DNA of 62,512 nt, filler included, from Choristocarpus tenellus KU-1152 (lineage: Eukaryota > Protista > Phaeophyceae), in assembly GCA_964200185.2 (NCBI GenBank). It is 8 parts of 8 records of this genome, joined end to end, with 100 filler letters (N's around TTAATTAATTAA, not from the genome) between each part and the next. Parts side by side here need not be neighbours in the genome. Positions count along the whole stretch, not along the records: positions 1 to 16,228 come from CAXNAD020000854.1; 7 more parts are not named here. One strand, written 5' to 3'. Of the stretch, positions 1-13,428 are shown one piece after another. How positions within the stretch are numbered: the stretch's first letter is position 1; each line of letters opens with the position of its first letter. The translations under genes were made by a program, and so were the position numbers. The notes beneath the pieces were generated by a model. It was not told where the DNA came from, did not search any database, and saw only the letters and a program-made list of their open reading frames with translations.

Positions 1-3000
1 CTTCTCTGGAGTAAGCATACTAGCGCACGGGTTACTGTTCCCCCCCCCCCCCCCTCCCCTCCCTGCAGTTATCATTGCCTCTGCTGTATTTGTACACTCT
101 CGGCAATTCACATCTTCTCCTCCATCTTCCCCTGGACAATGCTGCCAACACAGGGAGGAAACAAGCGTAACAGGAAATAAGTTATCATATATATATATAC
201 ATGTACAGTTGGGGTGCCTGACAAGTGTCAAAAACAAGTACTTGCACAAATGGAGTAGCCTCTATGTCAATAATTAAGCCAATAGAATACATACATCCTG
301 TAACCTCTTTACTTATTAACCCGTCACTACCAGCCTTGACTCATGTGTAAGGTATATACATACATGGGTGTGCTATGTTGTAGTGAAACTAGTGCAGGAG
401 GGGCAGAGACCGGGACTGAACTCAGAAAAGTTAGTGTGTCATATATGATTGTGTGCCTTTGTAAGACAGTGAGCATTGGGGGATTGCAGTTAGTACGGTC
501 ATGGCAACACTAGAAAGAGAAGAGAGACTGAGGCCGAGATGGGACACATGATGTTGTGTATGGACGTGTACATCTGTATACCAACATGGTGCTATAGTAT
601 CAAATGGTAAGTTGCACTTACAGCACAAATAAGGGCTAGACTAGCGAGGTGGGTGGTACAGAACCAAGAGACCCAGGTCTGCCAAGAAAAAGTGTGTGCA
701 GTCTAGACTACAACGCCCAATGCCTTAAATGGCCTATAAAACACATGAGTCAAACTCGATTACCACCCTTGACTGCAACACATACACGATAGCTACACTA
801 TACTCAGGAACTCTTGGGCTTCTCCAATTGGTAAGAGGTACACTGACGACTCCTTGATTGAAATATTGATTTTTTTTATCTAAGGCACAACATAGTGGGA
901 GAGAAAACCAAAGATACTGTGATATTACTTGACGCACACCTAGCATCACCTGAATTACAACATGGTAGATCATAACAGAGGACAAGAATAAAGCGGATAC
1001 ATGTGCATGTGTGCTACCAACAATATAGTTTTACACAGAGATCTGAGAAATAGCCTGCTCCTTGTATCACATCCAAAATAACATCCACAATTCTTTGCAG
1101 TATAGAGCCCAACTCCTAGTATTTTCCACCTACAAACTCTGGGAATGTGTGCTCTTAAATCATTCATGAGTTCAAAATACAACATGAACAAAAAGTGATG
1201 CTTATCTAGAAAAGGGAACAGCTCGATAAGTTGTAGCTGTTCACTGGCTCAAAATCTCCATTGATATATTGAGTGACTAACCATGAGAAAAATATGTTAT
1301 GTTTGCAGAGAAACTTGCACGATGTTTGCTACTCCCCACACCTACTTCAACCAAGGGGTGGCTCTTTTGCTCTACTTATCAAGAAACATGGCTTACTATG
1401 CCCAGAGCTCACAGCTACACATGAAGGTTGCAAGTATTGCAGTTTCACAGAGCGCATATTAAGGAACAGCGAGACAGCAGCAGTGGCTTGCATATAGCAT
1501 ACACTCAACAAAATCTGTACACTGAGTGCATCCCCCAGACCAACTTAAACTCGATGAATATTTCACAAGCACATTGCCATATATCACCCTCCCACCCATT
1601 ATTGGTCTTTGCACGCAAGTACAAGAACCATCTCAAGCTCGCAAATACAACCACCTGCACCTTCAGTGACATACCTAAAAATGACCCAGTCATTCACAAA
1701 TGAAGATAAGCAACATAGCATGAGCTACTCCTACCTACACCGAAATCCATACCCACACCCCAAATACACAGTACTACAGTTATTGTCAACAGTTATACCC
1801 TAACCCTATTCTGCATACTTATTTCTGTCATCTAGTTCAATTTAACTTCCCTTTCCTTACTTCGCCACATCAAATTAGTGTTGTCACCTTTTGTAACCAA
1901 ACCCTTCCACTGCTTTGACCATACTACACACAATTTAACCTGTGCTAACTGTAACCCTAGCCCTGACCTGAACGAATCCTATCTCCACTGTTGAACTTCA
2001 AATAGTCATTACTATTGACACTAGTGTTTGCAGTGTTGTCACCTGGCCAGTGTGTGCATGCAATGCCACCTTGTTCCTTGCACTTCTCAGGTCTCCTACT
2101 CCCAGAACCCTCTCAATCCCCTCCAGGGCCATCAACACCATTGAGCTCTCACTCAGCAGGTCTGACAGAATTGGGACACACCCTTCCAACACTAAACTCT
2201 CAATCTGCAACCAACAGCAATACAAACACAGACACATGTTAGGGCGACTTCCAATGAAAAACAAGAAGGATGAATCCTTGTTCTGTTAATCTGTTGCATT
2301 GTAAGCGATTCTGAAGCAATATCAGGTCTGATCTAGATTATTACAAACACACACATAAGCAATCACATAGAGTGAAAGTATCTTAGAGAGTACGAGTTTT
2401 GCCAGGTTTGGCTTGACTTTCCACGATTTTTTTTTTACATTTCAGAGCAGATAAAATGTATACATTATGAAAAGTTGTGTTCGGAGTAAGGATATTGGCA
2501 CTTCCTAACAAACATGATAACCAAAATTACAACATTTGATTTTGACCCCCAAATGGACATTGCTCTACCCTCTTAAGATAACTTGAATCATACATCATTT
2601 AGATGACACACCAAGAAATACCCGAGGGTAATAATATCATGGCCCAGTATCATAAGTTTGAACTTACTGTACATCATCAGTTGAAGTGCATAGCAGCATG
2701 TGCTCTGACTAATGTCAGAGCAGAAATCACACTGCTCTATGGTACCTCTTTATGCAAAATCCGTACCTGGACCTGCACATCAGACTATACTAAACGAAAT
2801 CATAAAATTTATATCATGATGGAAGCAACACACATATTGCCAATGAGCAGATTGTCAATATCTATCACAGCCTTTTATCTAAGAGAACATCAAAATCATA
2901 CTATTAAGACAGTTCAAGGCCTTGTATACCTGTATACCCAAGAAAATGATCAGAAGTCACCCTGTTGGGGTGTCACAAGTGGAATAAGGAAACACATGCC

Positions 3001-6000
3001 CTGGTTGAGCCACAGAAAAAGTGAAATTGCATGGAAGCCAACACATCTACTTTACTGTAGCTTCAAAAACACCAAAACAGTTCAATTCCTACCAAGTGAG
3101 ATGAGACATCCAAAATTATAGGGCACTTTCTCCATATATTCTTTACGGAGGCGAGGGGGATTGATGCTAAGCAAAACAAGTAGTTCAAAATACAAATGTG
3201 ATTATAGTGACTCATAGTTGGCAAAAAGAGCTTTCAAAACCAATCCTCTCCATCAAAACCTCGAAAGTTATCACACAATCTCTCTTCCCACTTCACTCTC
3301 CCTGGGTTCACCTGAGCATCAGAGCCACAACTAGCAGCATTCAACACCACCCAAAATGCCTCAGATCGTACCTCCGAGTCTGTGCCTGAAGCCGTGGCCA
3401 ACTTCAACATGGTGATGAGCAACAAAAAAGAGGAAAATAAGAAGAAAAATAACACAAAGATGGCAAAGGGTCAAAAAGTTTGCAAATCAACAACATAAAA
3501 CCAGGGAGTACATTTGCCAGTACAGAAGTTGTGGTGACTACTCCAACCCTCACAGTGACTCTCGCATGGTGCTGTACGCTGAGAGGTGAGAACACATCAA
3601 GTAGGGATAAAACTAGCGTCACAGCAATAAGCCTTGACAGGATTTTTTCCTTTTTTTCGCTTCTAGGAATGACTGAACACCCAGCATTGGCATTGACTAA
3701 GAATCTCTGATGTGCCCTCTGAGCAGTGAACTAATGATTGCTGATACTACACAGTATGTAGAGGACATTCACCATGAAATTTAAAGACTGCACCATGCAG
3801 CGCAAATCGAACTACTAGCAGTTGCCAAAAAAAAGAAACGTGCAATTATTGTGGGGCCAACTGCCTGTGTCCGTGTTTGCTCTTTACAGTGTTCTAGACT
3901 TCCCAGACAAGGGTTAAAACTGGATATCAACAAGCAACCCTCAGCTGCTCAAGACACCCTTCCATTCCATACCACTCAGTCTGTACAGGTAGTCCTCAAG
4001 AAAACAGCGTAATTAATGCTGGGTAACAAAGGTAAAGCACTCCAGTGATGATTGCCACAGAGCACACAACCAGGTGTAGCATGTGGTAAGTGCTGGGAGA
4101 GGGCATACACACCCACAAGAGCTACAGGCTTAAATTGTACAATTGATATTAATAATGATAGCACAGATCTATCCACTTAAATATCTACGCTGCACACACA
4201 ATCCACCCTTATCATGGAAGGTGAAAGGTTGACAAAATACAAAGTGGTGTGCTTGCCAAGGGGTGCTGGTCTCAAGTGTGACCAAGATTCAACCAGTACT
4301 ATCAAATAATCCAAACAGGTCACAGCACATCACCTCCAGTATTTCTAACATGTAACTTCAAACAGTTAATGCCATTAAACAACGGGTCAGTCTAAGAGGG
4401 CAACATATGCATCCAAGTTAAAGTTGCCTTCCCTATTGACAACACAATCCATCAACATACCCTTAGGAGATTAGGAAGAAATACAGAGTATGTTGGAAGT
4501 TGAAACCTCCCAATCTCCACCACCTCCTATGACATAGTCCAAGCAATATTTCATTTTGAGAATGTAAAACAGATCCTGTGAATTGGCATTTAAAAACACT
4601 CTTTAGCACAGCTCCACTGTACAAAAGCACAACCAAAACCCCTTAATACCTCTACTCCATAATCACCAATCAATTCACAGACCTCAATGAGCTTTGGCAT
4701 AGCCCCACTGTCAAGCACACTCTGTATTTGGCTCACAGACCCTGCAGCAATATTGCTCAGTGTCCAGCACGCCTGTTAACAAAAGAGCATAGTGGATACA
4801 TGTGAAACAAGTGCAAGAGCGCTCACATTTCAAAAATCAGTAACTGAAGTCGGAAGGCTTTAGAGATATCAATCTGACAAGATACCGATGAACACTCTGC
4901 TCACCCCAACCACTTTTTTGTTTGTGTCCACTATCAGTAGAATTGGACCCTGATGATATAACATCAATGTCAAACACATCAAAACCTGCCTGGCTTACAT
5001 CACAAACTTTGATCCTCCTACCTTGCTCAAGCACAAATGACAAGGAGTGATTAATGAACACAATGCAAACTAAGCTGTAACTATACCACTGCAACAAATA
5101 CTGCAGGTGTAAGGTGTCTGAGCAAGAACAATTGAACATTCAAACGTTATGCACCTGCCATAACCTGGACACAATTCATAATTTGCTGGTTCAGAGAATG
5201 TGGATGGATCCTCAGAAATGCAAGACATGCGCATGCGTATGAGTACACAGAAAAATTGTGAAACAATGCAAAACCCAATAAATACCTCCTTCAGAATGCA
5301 GATGATTACCAGATCTACATCAAGTCAAGACAACACATGGATTAAAATAGGCCTCTTGGGAATGACACAATAGTACCTGTACCGGTTACAAACCAACAAG
5401 AAAAGAGAATGATTGGGCTTCACAGTTAAGGCCTAGGCATTCAAAACAGTCAGCCTAAAAAGAGCAACAGTAACAATTCAAGTACAGTAGATATAAGACC
5501 AGAATTTTTTTCAATTTTCCGTCCTCATCTACAGAACACAATCTTGCCGTAACCAAAACCATTGAGTAGTATCAAGACACCACACATCTGTGTTCCCCCC
5601 CATCCAACAAGAAGGCTTCATCAAAACTCTAACTCTTGTCCTAGCCCACCTCTTTCTGTATCTCCCTGTTAGGGTGAGCAATGAGTTTCCTCAGGCAAGG
5701 CACGGAGCCAGCCTCCAGAATGGCCTCCGTGTAGTCCGCATCATCCTCCGCACACACCACATTTCCAATTGTCCTCAGGGCTGGCTTCACCACCCGCCAG
5801 CTGTGGTGATCCAGCAGCTGCACCAGACGCCGGCACACACCTGACTCTACCACCACCTTTTCCAGGCAGAAACAACATATTTATACACAAGAGGGTATTT
5901 GATTTGATCATGGAATTAACAAAAAAGTTGGCGATAATTCTGAACATGCACAGAAAAGGAGAGATAACTTGATGAACAATTTGTGAATTATGTAATTTGT

Positions 6001-9000
6001 ACAAGTTGGAGTCTTCAAGAAGGGATTTCCACAGCAGGCACCAAGGCAACCCAAATATATTGGAGGGGATGTCAAGAGAGGGGGACTGAGGGAGTCTATA
6101 TAGTGTCTTGCCTTATTCAGAGTAAAAGAAATAGCATTTTGCAGTAGAGGCATTGATAACTGTTTGCGTTTTAGAGCCTTACCTCCAATGTTCAAGAACT
6201 GCCAAAATATGTCAATCTCATAAGATACATCAATGCAAAGCCCATTCAGTTCTAGTACAAACAACAAATTGATCAAACCTTGATGTGAGCAGCAGAATCG
6301 TCACACAGGTGACTAAGAGCAAAGCAAGCATGGCTGAGGACCTCTTCATCCTTAGATTTGAGCAGTCGGTTGATGGCTGGCATCACCTGAGTTTGTTACA
6401 TAGCCAGAAAAATGGAGCATTACTATGTTGAGGCAATTTGGGGTTGCTTTAAGTTGAGAGCAAGCTTGGGTGTCGGGTAGGTGAGAGTTAAGTGTGTGTA
6501 TCAGGGGCACCAGCAATCCAATACCTGTGCTGCAACATAATGTCTCACCATATCCCAGGTAGGTAAAATGGTAGCTGAAGGAGTCACACTCAAACAAAAC
6601 TCCATCTAGTATATGAGGCTCAAGTGCAACACTGGGGGTTGCTTGCCAGGGAGGGATGTCCCAACATTGGCAGCACTTTAGATATTATAAGGGCGCCTAG
6701 AGGGAAATAAACCAGTAAGTATATATCATCAACTAGTTGCTTCAGAGTATCAATTACTTCTTTAAGAAATTTACTCCCAACCACAATCAAGTAACATCAG
6801 TCAGCTTAAGCCCCTAAGAGAAATTATACGAAGCACAGACCCTACAAAAAATATCTATCTAAATGACAAAATTTGTAATGTGATCACCTCAGCAACGTCG
6901 ACAGTGGGCCTTGGTTGCCCATCAAAGAGGTTGCATAGGGACCATGCACCAATGCGCTGCAGGCTCAGAAGTGTTGGGTGCTGCTGCAAGCATCGCACCA
7001 GAGGACTAACACATAGCAACAAAAGAACACGAGGAATGATTTTGGGGTTGCCATTGAGTCTGTGCTTGTTGATTATAGCGTGTGACCACAATTTTTTACA
7101 CCCAAGTATTAAAACAACCTTTCACAATAAATGTTGAATCTGGTCTTCAAACCTCATGGAGTTCTCCAGATATCTAGATACACATACAAAAATACATAGC
7201 TGTGACATGAGTATGACAACAACTGGGATCTATATGGTGCCCAATCCCATCTGATTGATGCGACCTACAGGTTGCCCAAATAACACAAATAGATAGATGC
7301 CTCCTCTGTCCCACTCTGCACCCCCCCCAGCAAGTGCAGCCCTTTCCTACCTTAGCACATCGTGCATGAGTATGGCATCCCTTGCTGCCATTCCATCCTG
7401 CCTGTCTTGTGAGATGTTGCCCAGTACCCACATGGCCTGCTCAAGAACCTCAAGACTGGGGCTGTTCAGCAGGCTCACCAGTGTCTGCACAGCTCCATGC
7501 TATAGGATTTAGAGGATCAACATTGAAGTTGAGATTAGGGTCATAGCTAAAACAGAGGCCCCTCAACAAGAGAGACATGGAGCAATTTTGGCTTACATAT
7601 AGAGCAATAAAGACCGTAAGTAAGGTAGGTATAAGTGTATTAGAGTATTGATATCAACAAAAAAACACTTTCAAGCACTCCAAGTATTGGTCAGTTGAAA
7701 GTGAATACACTAAAACAGGAAGACACAGAGCCTAATCGCCAGTTGCGCTACGCAGTTGTCAATAGACATATCTTAAAAGAACAATTGTGGTGGGAAAGAC
7801 TCCCTCATTGATGGTGTACCTTCAGCTCAACATGGTCATTATATCCTTCCTTTATCTTGCGAAGATTTGCAAATTTTGCAATCTATCATTGCAGGGCAAA
7901 GGGACAGTGCAATTTAGTACACAAACTGACATCCACTTGGGAAAGAAGGAGAGCTACAAAGCATGGTATTGATTGCAAAACACACAAGTGGAACCATACA
8001 CAAAACTAAAGCTAATGAGACATAGTAGGTTCTACACTACTTTTCTTTTCGCACGAACATACCAAGACTGTTTAAAATACTGACCCCAACAGAAGCATGC
8101 AGTAATACTACAGAAATCAGAAAAGTTCCTCATAGTAGTTACCATGCACTGTAAATGCCTTGGTAATGTCAAGGAACCTATTTCACCAAGATAATCATAG
8201 TATCATATTTTCAGTCCCCAACCGCACTCAAACATGAAGCCATACATGGAGTGGCTATCCATCACAAAAAACACTTCACAAGCATCAGGGTCATGACATC
8301 ACATATAGAAGAAAGAAATATCTAATTCTCTAAAAATATCAACATTGCCTTCCCCTACAGTTGCATTCCCTGACAAAACACAATACAAAAGATACTTCAA
8401 ACCAAGGACAGGCAGGTATGTACCTTTAGCAACAGGGTGGTGTGCTCTGTGGTGCTCTGGGCAATATTTGTGAGTGCCCACAGAGCCTCCACCTGCACTG
8501 CTGGGCGATGCACAAGGGCCAGCCACCTCAGCAACTGTGGCACCCATCCCCGTCCAAGGAGCTCCTGAATCATCCTTTCCCTGAGAACATACAAAACACA
8601 TTGCACATAATGCAATGTAGGGGAGGTTGCAAGGTGAACACCCTTCATTTGCTTAATCTGACACTCCATCTAAATTGGTGGAAAAGGTGTCCTTGTACCA
8701 AGTCCTATCCCTCAACTTTATTGTTACTACTACTTCGAACAAGACTTAACTATTGCACTACTAATATACTTTCAAAAGGTTTAGGTGACCAGGGGAAATT
8801 GTTGTTTCACTGTTGCTAATAATGCACACAGAAAACTTGACACACAAAGAGATAATTATGAATAGGAAGGAGGCAAAGGGCCTACAAAGGTTGATTTTTT
8901 CTTATTGGTGGATTGACTAACGCCTAAAGGCTCTAGTTCCTTTCTAAGGCACACGAGTGCCTATAGATAGCAAATGTAACACAGAAGGGAAGGAACTCTG

Positions 9001-12000
9001 TTGTTGGTTCTACGGCAGTCCACCCAAAATGATGCATATTAAAGCCTGTTTTCAATGCCCAGGGTATATGAGGGTGAGGGATAAGCCCACCAAAATTCAC
9101 AATAGAACAGAGAGACCCCCTTCATCAAAACTATTTCCTCTATCCCAATGCATTGGAATATGCCTTGTAGTGCTTTGGAGGATACTTCACAGGGGCACAC
9201 CACAACACTATAATGATACTGTGTATGGTAGGCAGACAATGACAATGCTGTATAGAAAGGGTACATGTGATCCATCAGACCCACAACCCCACACAAGCCA
9301 GAGCTCACACACACACAAAATAAACATAAGCAGGCCAAAGCAAACCCTGAAGAGTTGAGAGAATTGTCACCCCGATCATTATCTGCCCTATAACCTAAAA
9401 AATACTGCCCCACAGCAAGGCAACAGGAAAAGGTAACACAACAAAAGCATGCTGAGATTGGAAGTTTTGCAAAAACAAATCATTGAGGATGTTGTCAACT
9501 GTCTAGTCCATGAGAGAATATTAATTGCAGTATATATTGCCTGAGCATAGTCCAATCTACAGCCAATGCTTATAATTGTGTCTTTTGGTCTTCAAACAGT
9601 GACCAAATGTTCTCCCAGATCATAATCACACTGCGAAAACAAGAAAGATTTTGGATGTCCATTCATAAACTTTTCAAAAATATAACTGCCCCAACTCAAA
9701 GTCAACATTTGTATCGAGCTGCTACAAACTTCAAGTCACTACTCTCCTAAATATATATATATATATATATATCAGTACTGTTGCTAAATTTATATTCTCA
9801 TAGGACAATATGTGAGCCTCGGTGCAACCACCATAAAGGTACTATCTCCTAAGCAAGAGGGTAAAATAAACATGTCGCTTTCAGCATATTTACAGCTTTA
9901 CACAACCCTGAGATCATCATTCCACACATTAGTGCTTATGCATTCCATCTCTTTCTGAATCTATCCATCACCCTTATAAATTCACTTGGAAGAAGTAGAA
10001 ACCTACAGAAAACCATATTTCATCAACTACCACCAGGATAGCCTTCTTATAGACAGGAGGCAACAATGGGCGGCTCACTTGTTTGTAGACAGCAACTGCC
10101 GCAGCCTCTTGGCAGACTCAAGCTGCTGCTCCCCCAATTGGGCCTCTGTTTTGGCCCCCGGTTCTCCCAACTGGATGTGAAGGCCACGCTCAACCGCCTC
10201 CACCTCCACTGCAAATGCCTTCCATCACCAACCCATTCAAGTTTTGACAATCCCATCACATAGATAAAAATCAATCACAGTCAGAATAATAAGGCAACAG
10301 TTCGTATGTTGAATCAATTCCAGAGGTTGCAGCTACGCACAAAATGGAGACTGCAACGCCAAATCTACTTTTTCTATTGATTATTGCAAAGGCACAATGT
10401 AAAGTACAAACACTCGAAGTAGCAGGGAATATTGCATAGGGAGTAGCCCGGGGATTCAAAAAGCAAAGCATAGGAACCAAGGAAGGAGAGGATGCGTATT
10501 CCTAAATTTGAAAGGGCCTGTGCACACATTTTGCACAAGGGACATGATTGCAAGTAAAGACATCACGCCAGTGTGCACTATTCCTTACAATGGAGCTATC
10601 AATACACAGGAAGAATATTAGTCATCAACAAGCCCTTACCACAAGTTCCAAGGAGGCTAGTCTTACCAGTGAAAAGCCATACGCATTATCTGACAGATCA
10701 ACATCATGCAGGGTTTCATCTACTAGTGTATAATCCCAACTCCCTCCCCTGCCAATTCCTTGAATATCAATAGTTCTTCCAAACTTCGGGTACTCTGCAC
10801 ACCATGTCCCTCACCTCAGTACTCATCTCTATGGACTAAAAATTCACGATCACACAAGCACATCATTCAGTCACAACTAAGGCAAACAAACGTTCATAAA
10901 TAGGGGTAGAAATATTTTCCCCGCGATCAAGGGGCAATCTTGGTCATCAACCCTTTTTAGTTGCATTTCCAAATCAACAAAACACACAAAATACCTAGAA
11001 TGAACGCTACTAAGGATATGCTGTGCACATGAATGTCAACAATTTGTAATCAATCAATCTCAAACAGAATGAGGCTATTTCCACCACAAATAGTACAAGG
11101 ATATCACAGCTCAAGATATTTTCTCCATCATATGACTAAAAATTTTGTACATTCAAAATATCCTACTCCTTTACAAACAAGCGCTAAGGATATTGAAGCA
11201 TGTGAATCGTGTCCCCCTTCATTCTGTACAACAGCCTGTGCAATGGAATATTCAGTTATGAGAGCTTCTCTTCCCGAATTGGTATACTACATACATTTCC
11301 CCTCCAATAGCAAATATTATATTTCTCATATAACCTGCAGTCCTGCGGCACACTCCAGATTCCCGTACCTCTGAGAGAATCAACTAGTGTTCCTATTCCA
11401 AAGGTAAATTCTCCGGTAACAACCACTGCAGCTCCAACTCACCAACCTTCCCTTACCCCACCCCTTGTCACCCCCCAAGCTCCCCTCCCCTCTTAGCAAG
11501 CTCACCGTAGCCCCTAAGGGGGGCAGCGCCATAGCAGCAGCCACAGTGGACGTGGTAGACCCCGCAGGTCCCAACGGTGGTGCAGGGACCATGGATCGTT
11601 TGCCCCCCACTCCCCAGTCATCCGCCTTTTCTGTAAAGTGGTGCCGACCACAGCAGTCACATTCCCCATCCAACACCCCATCCTTTACCGAACCAGCCGC
11701 CCGTGCACAGCTACCCCCATCCCCATTCCGACTCCCTACTCCACCAGGAGTGGAAATGGGACGTTGTGTCGATGAAGATTGAGTGGTGAAAGGACAACCA
11801 CCAGCAACTGGATGCCATGGTGAGTGTTTAAGTAGAGTGCAGACAAAAGAAGATGTATGATAGAAGGATTTGTCAAGGTGTAGGGGTGGGGGGGTCCAAT
11901 ACTACTTACCATAATTGCAGAAAAGAGCAGTGTGGCCAATATCCAATACTTAGTTTGTAATAAAGCAAAATCTCATCCAAGCATCAGGCAGGGTGGATAT

Positions 12001-12714
12001 AGTCATCCAGAGGCTATTTTGCAGTGTCCTGTTCATGAAAAACTCTTGAAGTAGAGAGGAGTGGAATATGGGTACTTTCAAATATCCCTTGAGCCACTCT
12101 CACCTCCCACTCTCGAAACATGTTCATATGTTTGACTAAGGGCATGGACATGTCAAGTCGGCATATTTCATCAATAGAGTGCCAGCATCTCCATTAACAA
12201 TAAACTTACCGAGAATTATCTATCGCAATGCTGCAGCCTACTTTTGGTCACGATCAAGCACCATGGTGGAAAAAAAGTGTTGGTGAAACGACCAGTATCT
12301 TGAACGGGAGAAGCATTTTCGCTCGACGTTGACAATGCCAGACAAACACATCCGCTAGCATCATGAACATTTCATGCGAATAAATTCGGCTAAGATAAAT
12401 TAGAGAGGAATCTTCGAGTGAGTATCACAAGATGGAGAATCAAGAAATTGAAACTGCCACTGCTCGGACAAGTTTACGTAGTCATCCGAAATTTGATTTA
12501 CCGATGAAAACAGATCGCAGTAGTGATGAAGAAATTGACCACTTGAGGATAGCAACGCAACCTGAGTGCCAGAGGTACCTTGTTATCCCCGGCATGGTCG
12601 TGTGCGGTTTCCCTCACCTCCTTTCGCTGTGCTGACCTCTTCCTTGGAAATTTCCTTTTCCTTCTCTTTTTCTTTTCCTCGGTCTTTCTCTTTGTCTTTC
12701 TTCCCTCGCGTCAT
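1..12714 (-). CDS. Importin-alpha-like (karyopherin alpha) ARM-repeat protein, spliced; 3' end runs off the window start
   Basis: Phase-consistent GT-AG exons (minus): 12714-12618, 11807-11506, 11370-11335, 10170-10079, 8580-8424, 7499-7351, 7005-6888, 6386-6279, 5856-5650, 4772-4683, 3401-3312, 2204-2043, 141-<1. Translation gives importin-alpha ARM motifs: QLESAKRLRQLLS, EALWALTNIA, EQAMWVLGNISQD, AWSLCNL, DEEVLSHACFALSHLCD, ESGVCRRLVQLL..PALRTIGNVV, IQKEACWTLSNIAAGS, EVRSEAFWVVLNA, ALEGIERVL. The first three exons are supported only by splice signals and phase. Confidence 0.9.
2370..2589 (+). mobile_element. MITE family A copy (internally deleted), in importin-alpha intron
   Basis: Starts GAGTGAAAGTATCTTAGAG and ends CCTCTTAAGATAACTTGAATC; internal sequence matches other family A copies; flanked by cata / (c)ata. 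Confidence 0.8.
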
Positions 12715-13428
12715 GCCCAGTAACTGGGCAAACATTGTCTGGGCCCTCCTTTACCTCGGGCGAATAGGGCAGATCGGGGAGCCTAATGGGTCTGAAACCG
12801 GGTGGCGAAAACGAGGGTCAAAACACACTTTGGCTGAATCTCGAGAGCGTAAGTGACAATGCATCCTAATAATACATTTGGATACAATCTTCACACAGAT
12901 CTGGGCTCTCAAAGCACCAAATACTCGATTGGCCTAATGGAACTTCGCCCCAAGTGGCACACGTGAAACCACCAGCAGATCGAAAACGAGTCCTGAACAT
13001 TGAAAGCCAAGCCTAAGGGTCTAAAGGTACCACTGCAACCAGTTACACTTTGAATCTATCGACGAAATCGTTCGTTCCGCAATGATATGGGGTTCAGTGG
13101 GATGTGATCCGACTTACTACTCCTTGTGTCATTACATGTAACCTACGTCCTGGAGGACTGGGACTCTGCGGGACACCTTCCTCCATCGAGATTCCTACAA
13201 AACAAAAAATATTTACTTTGGTTTCTGCAAAAACATTCTGGGACACTGTCCACCTTCTTCCCCATCGGTCTTGGGGCTCAACCTCACCTTCTTCCCTTGC
13301 TGACACTGCGGTCTCAAGGTTTCTGCCAACAAACTCTACAAAACGCGACACTCTTTTCCATCCAACCATCCAACCGACCGTCCATGTTAGAGGTTTGTAT
13401 CTGTCCGTTCTAGAATTCATACGGAAAC
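12715..13428. promoter_or_regulatory. Putative bidirectional promoter / CpG-rich intergenic region
   Basis: About 715 bp between divergent start codons (importin-alpha-like ATG at 12714, minus; GPR180-like ATG at 13429, plus). CpG-rich relative to the flanking introns. Confidence 0.6.

Noticed and set aside
2603-3121. 172-aa plus-strand ORF
   Set aside because: Lies inside an importin-alpha intron, has no recognisable motif and has non-coding composition.
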